Under the pieces are notes generated by a model, which was not told the DNA's origin, did no database searches, and worked only from the letters and a program-made list of their open reading frames with translations. Shown in pieces: positions 24,752-26,667 of a stretch of 26,667 bases of DNA. The position numbers and the translations under genes are program-made. This DNA comes from a virus (Duplodnaviria; Caudoviricetes). Position 1 is the first letter of the stretch. Each line of letters begins with the position of its first letter. Where the stretch lies: positions 1-26,667 of IMG/VR virus record IMGVR_UViG_3300032239_000979, one strand, 5' to 3'.

Positions 24752-24918
24752 TATCAGACCTGATTCATATGCTAAAACAGCGGCAAGCCGAGATCCGGCT
24801 GTCGCTTGTGGATAACCCTGTGGGCAACTATGACTCGTACAACCGGCTGGTTGGCGAGTATCAGGGCTTGCAGTGGGTGATGGATAGCTTGAACGCAAAA
24901 CTCGCCGAGAACGAATAA
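24748..24918 (+). CDS. Small hypothetical protein (56 aa; not in the ORF track)
   Basis: GTGA overlap; MISDLIHMLKQRQAEI...YDSYNRLVGEYQGLQW... Confidence 0.7.
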   Translation: MISDLIHMLKQRQAEIRLSLVDNPVGNYDSYNRLVGEYQGLQWVMDSLNAKLAENE

Positions 24919-24976
24919 GGCCGAGAGGCCCTAAGCCGCGCTGAAATATGCGCATTTTGAACCTGAAATATGGTTT
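24919..24976 (+). promoter_or_regulatory. Three tandem hairpins, two with the identical loop TGAAATAT
   Basis: GGCC-GAGA-GGCC, GCGC-TGAAATAT-GCGC and GAACC-TGAAATAT-GGTTT. Confidence 0.65.
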
Positions 24977-24994
24977 GTGTAACTAGGAGTGAGC

Positions 24995-25450
24995 ATGAGC
25001 GAGAAACCAATTCCCGTGGTGAGCGGGGATCAGACGGAAGTTGACCCGACAGAGCTGGCGTGGGCATTTCCAGACGTAAAACCGGGCCAAGCGCCCTATG
25101 GTGGCCGAGTAATCGTCCAGCTACGTCGCATCAAAAAGAACGCAGGCAAGATCATCTTGGTGGAAGAAACCAAGGAAAACGAAAAATGGAACAACATGAT
25201 CGGCAAGGTCGTGGCCATTGGACCGCTGGCATTCAAAAACAAGGACACGATGGCCTCATGGCCTGAAGGAAGCTGGGCGGAAATCGGAGATTACGTCCGT
25301 GTGCCGCGCTGGGGCGGAGACCGCTGGGAGCGGCCAGCCATCAACGAAGAAAACGGAGACCTGAACCCGGTCCTTTTCATGACCATCAACGATCACGAGC
25401 TGATTGCCAAGGTCACCGACAACCCGTTGTCGTTCAAAGCCTACGTCTAA
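24995..25450 (+). CDS. GroES/Cpn10-like co-chaperonin
   Basis: PYGGRVIV...AGKIIL...GKVVAIGP...GDYV...INDHELIAKV; AGGAG RBS. Confidence 0.85.
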   Translation: MSEKPIPVVSGDQTEVDPTELAWAFPDVKPGQAPYGGRVIVQLRRIKKNAGKIILVEETKENEKWNNMIGKVVAIGPLAFKNKDTMASWPEGSWAEIGDYVRVPRWGGDRWERPAINEENGDLNPVLFMTINDHELIAKVTDNPLSFKAYV

Positions 25451-25459
25451 GGAGATACC

Positions 25460-26428
25460 ATGGCCACACAAATGAAAGAAGAGCCGCTGTACGTGCAGGA
25501 AAGCGGTGACGGCACAGCCACAGTTGAACTGCCGGAGAACCTGCTGCCCGCAGAAGATGGCAATGACGGCGGGAACAATGAGTCCCGCAACGAATCCCGC
25601 GACGAAGGCGAGGATGGCGACCATCCGGACGACACGGAGGCCATGCGGGCAGCCCGCCGAGCCCGCCGCCGGTCCAAACGCGACTTGGTGCGCAAAACCA
25701 ATGAGGAAAAAGACGTCCGCTTGCAGATTTTGCAGCGCCAAAATGAGGAAATGGCCGCTCGGCTGTCCCAAGTTGAGCGCCGCACGCAAGGCGCGGACAT
25801 GGCCCGATTGGAAAAAGCCATTGACGACGAGCAAGTTCGGGTGGAATACCACCGGATGAAACTGTCCGAGGCCACTAGCGCAGGCGATGGGGAGGCCGCT
25901 GTGGCCGCTCAGGAGGCTTTGTACGAGGCGCGGCAGAAAGTTGAGCAGTTGGGTCGCCTGAAGCAGCAAGCGGAGCGCCCAGCGCAGGAAAAACCGCCTA
26001 TTGACCACGGTGTGCAGCGCCACGCCGCCCAATGGATTGAGCGCAATGGCTGGTACAAGCCGGATCTGTCCGACACCGACAGCAAAATTGCCAAAGTGAT
26101 TGACGAAGACCTTGTAAAAGAGGGCTGGAACCCCGGCACGCCGGATTATTGGGACGAATTAGACAATCGCTTGCAAAAAAGATTACCCCATAGGTATAAT
26201 GAATCGTCAGACCGACGTGATTCACCTAACAGGACTCCAAGGAACACCGTGGGAAGCTCAGGACGCGAAGCATCAGCCGCTTACGGGGGCACAAACCGTA
26301 CTTTCACGCTTACCGCCGAACAGGTGCGTGCGATGAAGGACGCTGGTATGTGGGACAACCCCGAAAAGCGCGCCAAGATGATTAAGCGATACGCAGAGCA
26401 AGCACGATCAACCCAACGGAGTAACTAA
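25460..26428 (+). CDS. Putative head scaffolding protein
   Basis: Acidic N-terminus, long coiled coil, W...N.WY and C-terminal LTAEQV.AM motifs; position after portal and GroES. Confidence 0.6.
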   Translation: MATQMKEEPLYVQESGDGTATVELPENLLPAEDGNDGGNNESRNESRDEGEDGDHPDDTEAMRAARRARRRSKRDLVRKTNEEKDVRLQILQRQNEEMAARLSQVERRTQGADMARLEKAIDDEQVRVEYHRMKLSEATSAGDGEAAVAAQEALYEARQKVEQLGRLKQQAERPAQEKPPIDHGVQRHAAQWIERNGWYKPDLSDTDSKIAKVIDEDLVKEGWNPGTPDYWDELDNRLQKRLPHRYNESSDRRDSPNRTPRNTVGSSGREASAAYGGTNRTFTLTAEQVRAMKDAGMWDNPEKRAKMIKRYAEQARSTQRSN

Positions 26429-26430
26429 TC

Positions 26431-26667
26431 ATGGAATCACGTCTCAAGAAATCTCTAGGAACCGGTCAGCGCGAAACTCGTGCAAACGAGGACGGCAGCC
26501 GAGCAGCCCCTGAAGAAAAGTTCATTTCCACGCAGGAACGTCGCCGCATGTGGAGCGAGGAATGGACACAATCCGCATTGCCCAAACTGCCCAACCTTGA
26601 TGGTTGGCATCTTTGCTGGCTCTCAACAACCAATAGCTACGACTCCATCGATAAACGGATGCGACTC
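26431..26667 (+). CDS. Hypothetical head-module protein, 3'-truncated
   Basis: GGAG RBS; open frame MESRLKKSLG...GWHLCWLSTTNSYDSIDKRMRL to the window end. Confidence 0.75.
   Translation, partial: MESRLKKSLGTGQRETRANEDGSRAAPEEKFISTQERRRMWSEEWTQSALPKLPNLDGWHLCWLSTTNSYDSIDKRMRL

Noticed and set aside
22948-26032. Antisense ORFs opposite portal, GroES and scaffold
   Set aside because: Shadow ORFs of well-supported plus-strand genes.
26504-26522. GCCCCTGAAGAAAAG resembling lambda nutL boxB
   Set aside because: No complementary 3' stem, and it lies in coding sequence.

Overview
This window is part of a tailed dsDNA phage genome, probably podovirus-like with a proteobacterial host (inferred from gene content). 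The order is circularly permuted. It starts with the end of the late operon: three putative ejection/internal virion proteins, one carrying a lytic-transglycosylase-like domain, followed by an intrinsic terminator. Next is a leftward early operon (two PD-(D/E)XK nucleases and an SSB-like protein) and a divergent control region. The rightward operon encodes a Cro-like HTH, two DUF1376/YdaU replication proteins with internal iterons, a lambda P-like protein, RusA, NinB and Ref, then about 17 small accessory genes including an RNAP alpha-CTD fusion. The packaging and head module follows: TerS, TerL, two polyvalent proteins, portal, GroES-like and scaffold-like genes. No integrase, CI repressor, lysis genes or CRISPR array are visible. 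The most unusual signals are: (i) a promoter-driven, anticodon-less tRNA-like RNA with an expanded D-loop and a mutually exclusive upstream stem, just before terS; (ii) three boxB-like C-UGAAAWAU-G hairpins; (iii) two further structured intergenic RNAs; (iv) an unannotated 19-aa hydrophobic ORF antisense to the late 3' UTR; (v) two multidomain proteins between terL and portal whose domains are bounded by a recurrent x[A/S/K]xGGx[V/I] motif. All family calls come from motif recognition by eye, not database searches.
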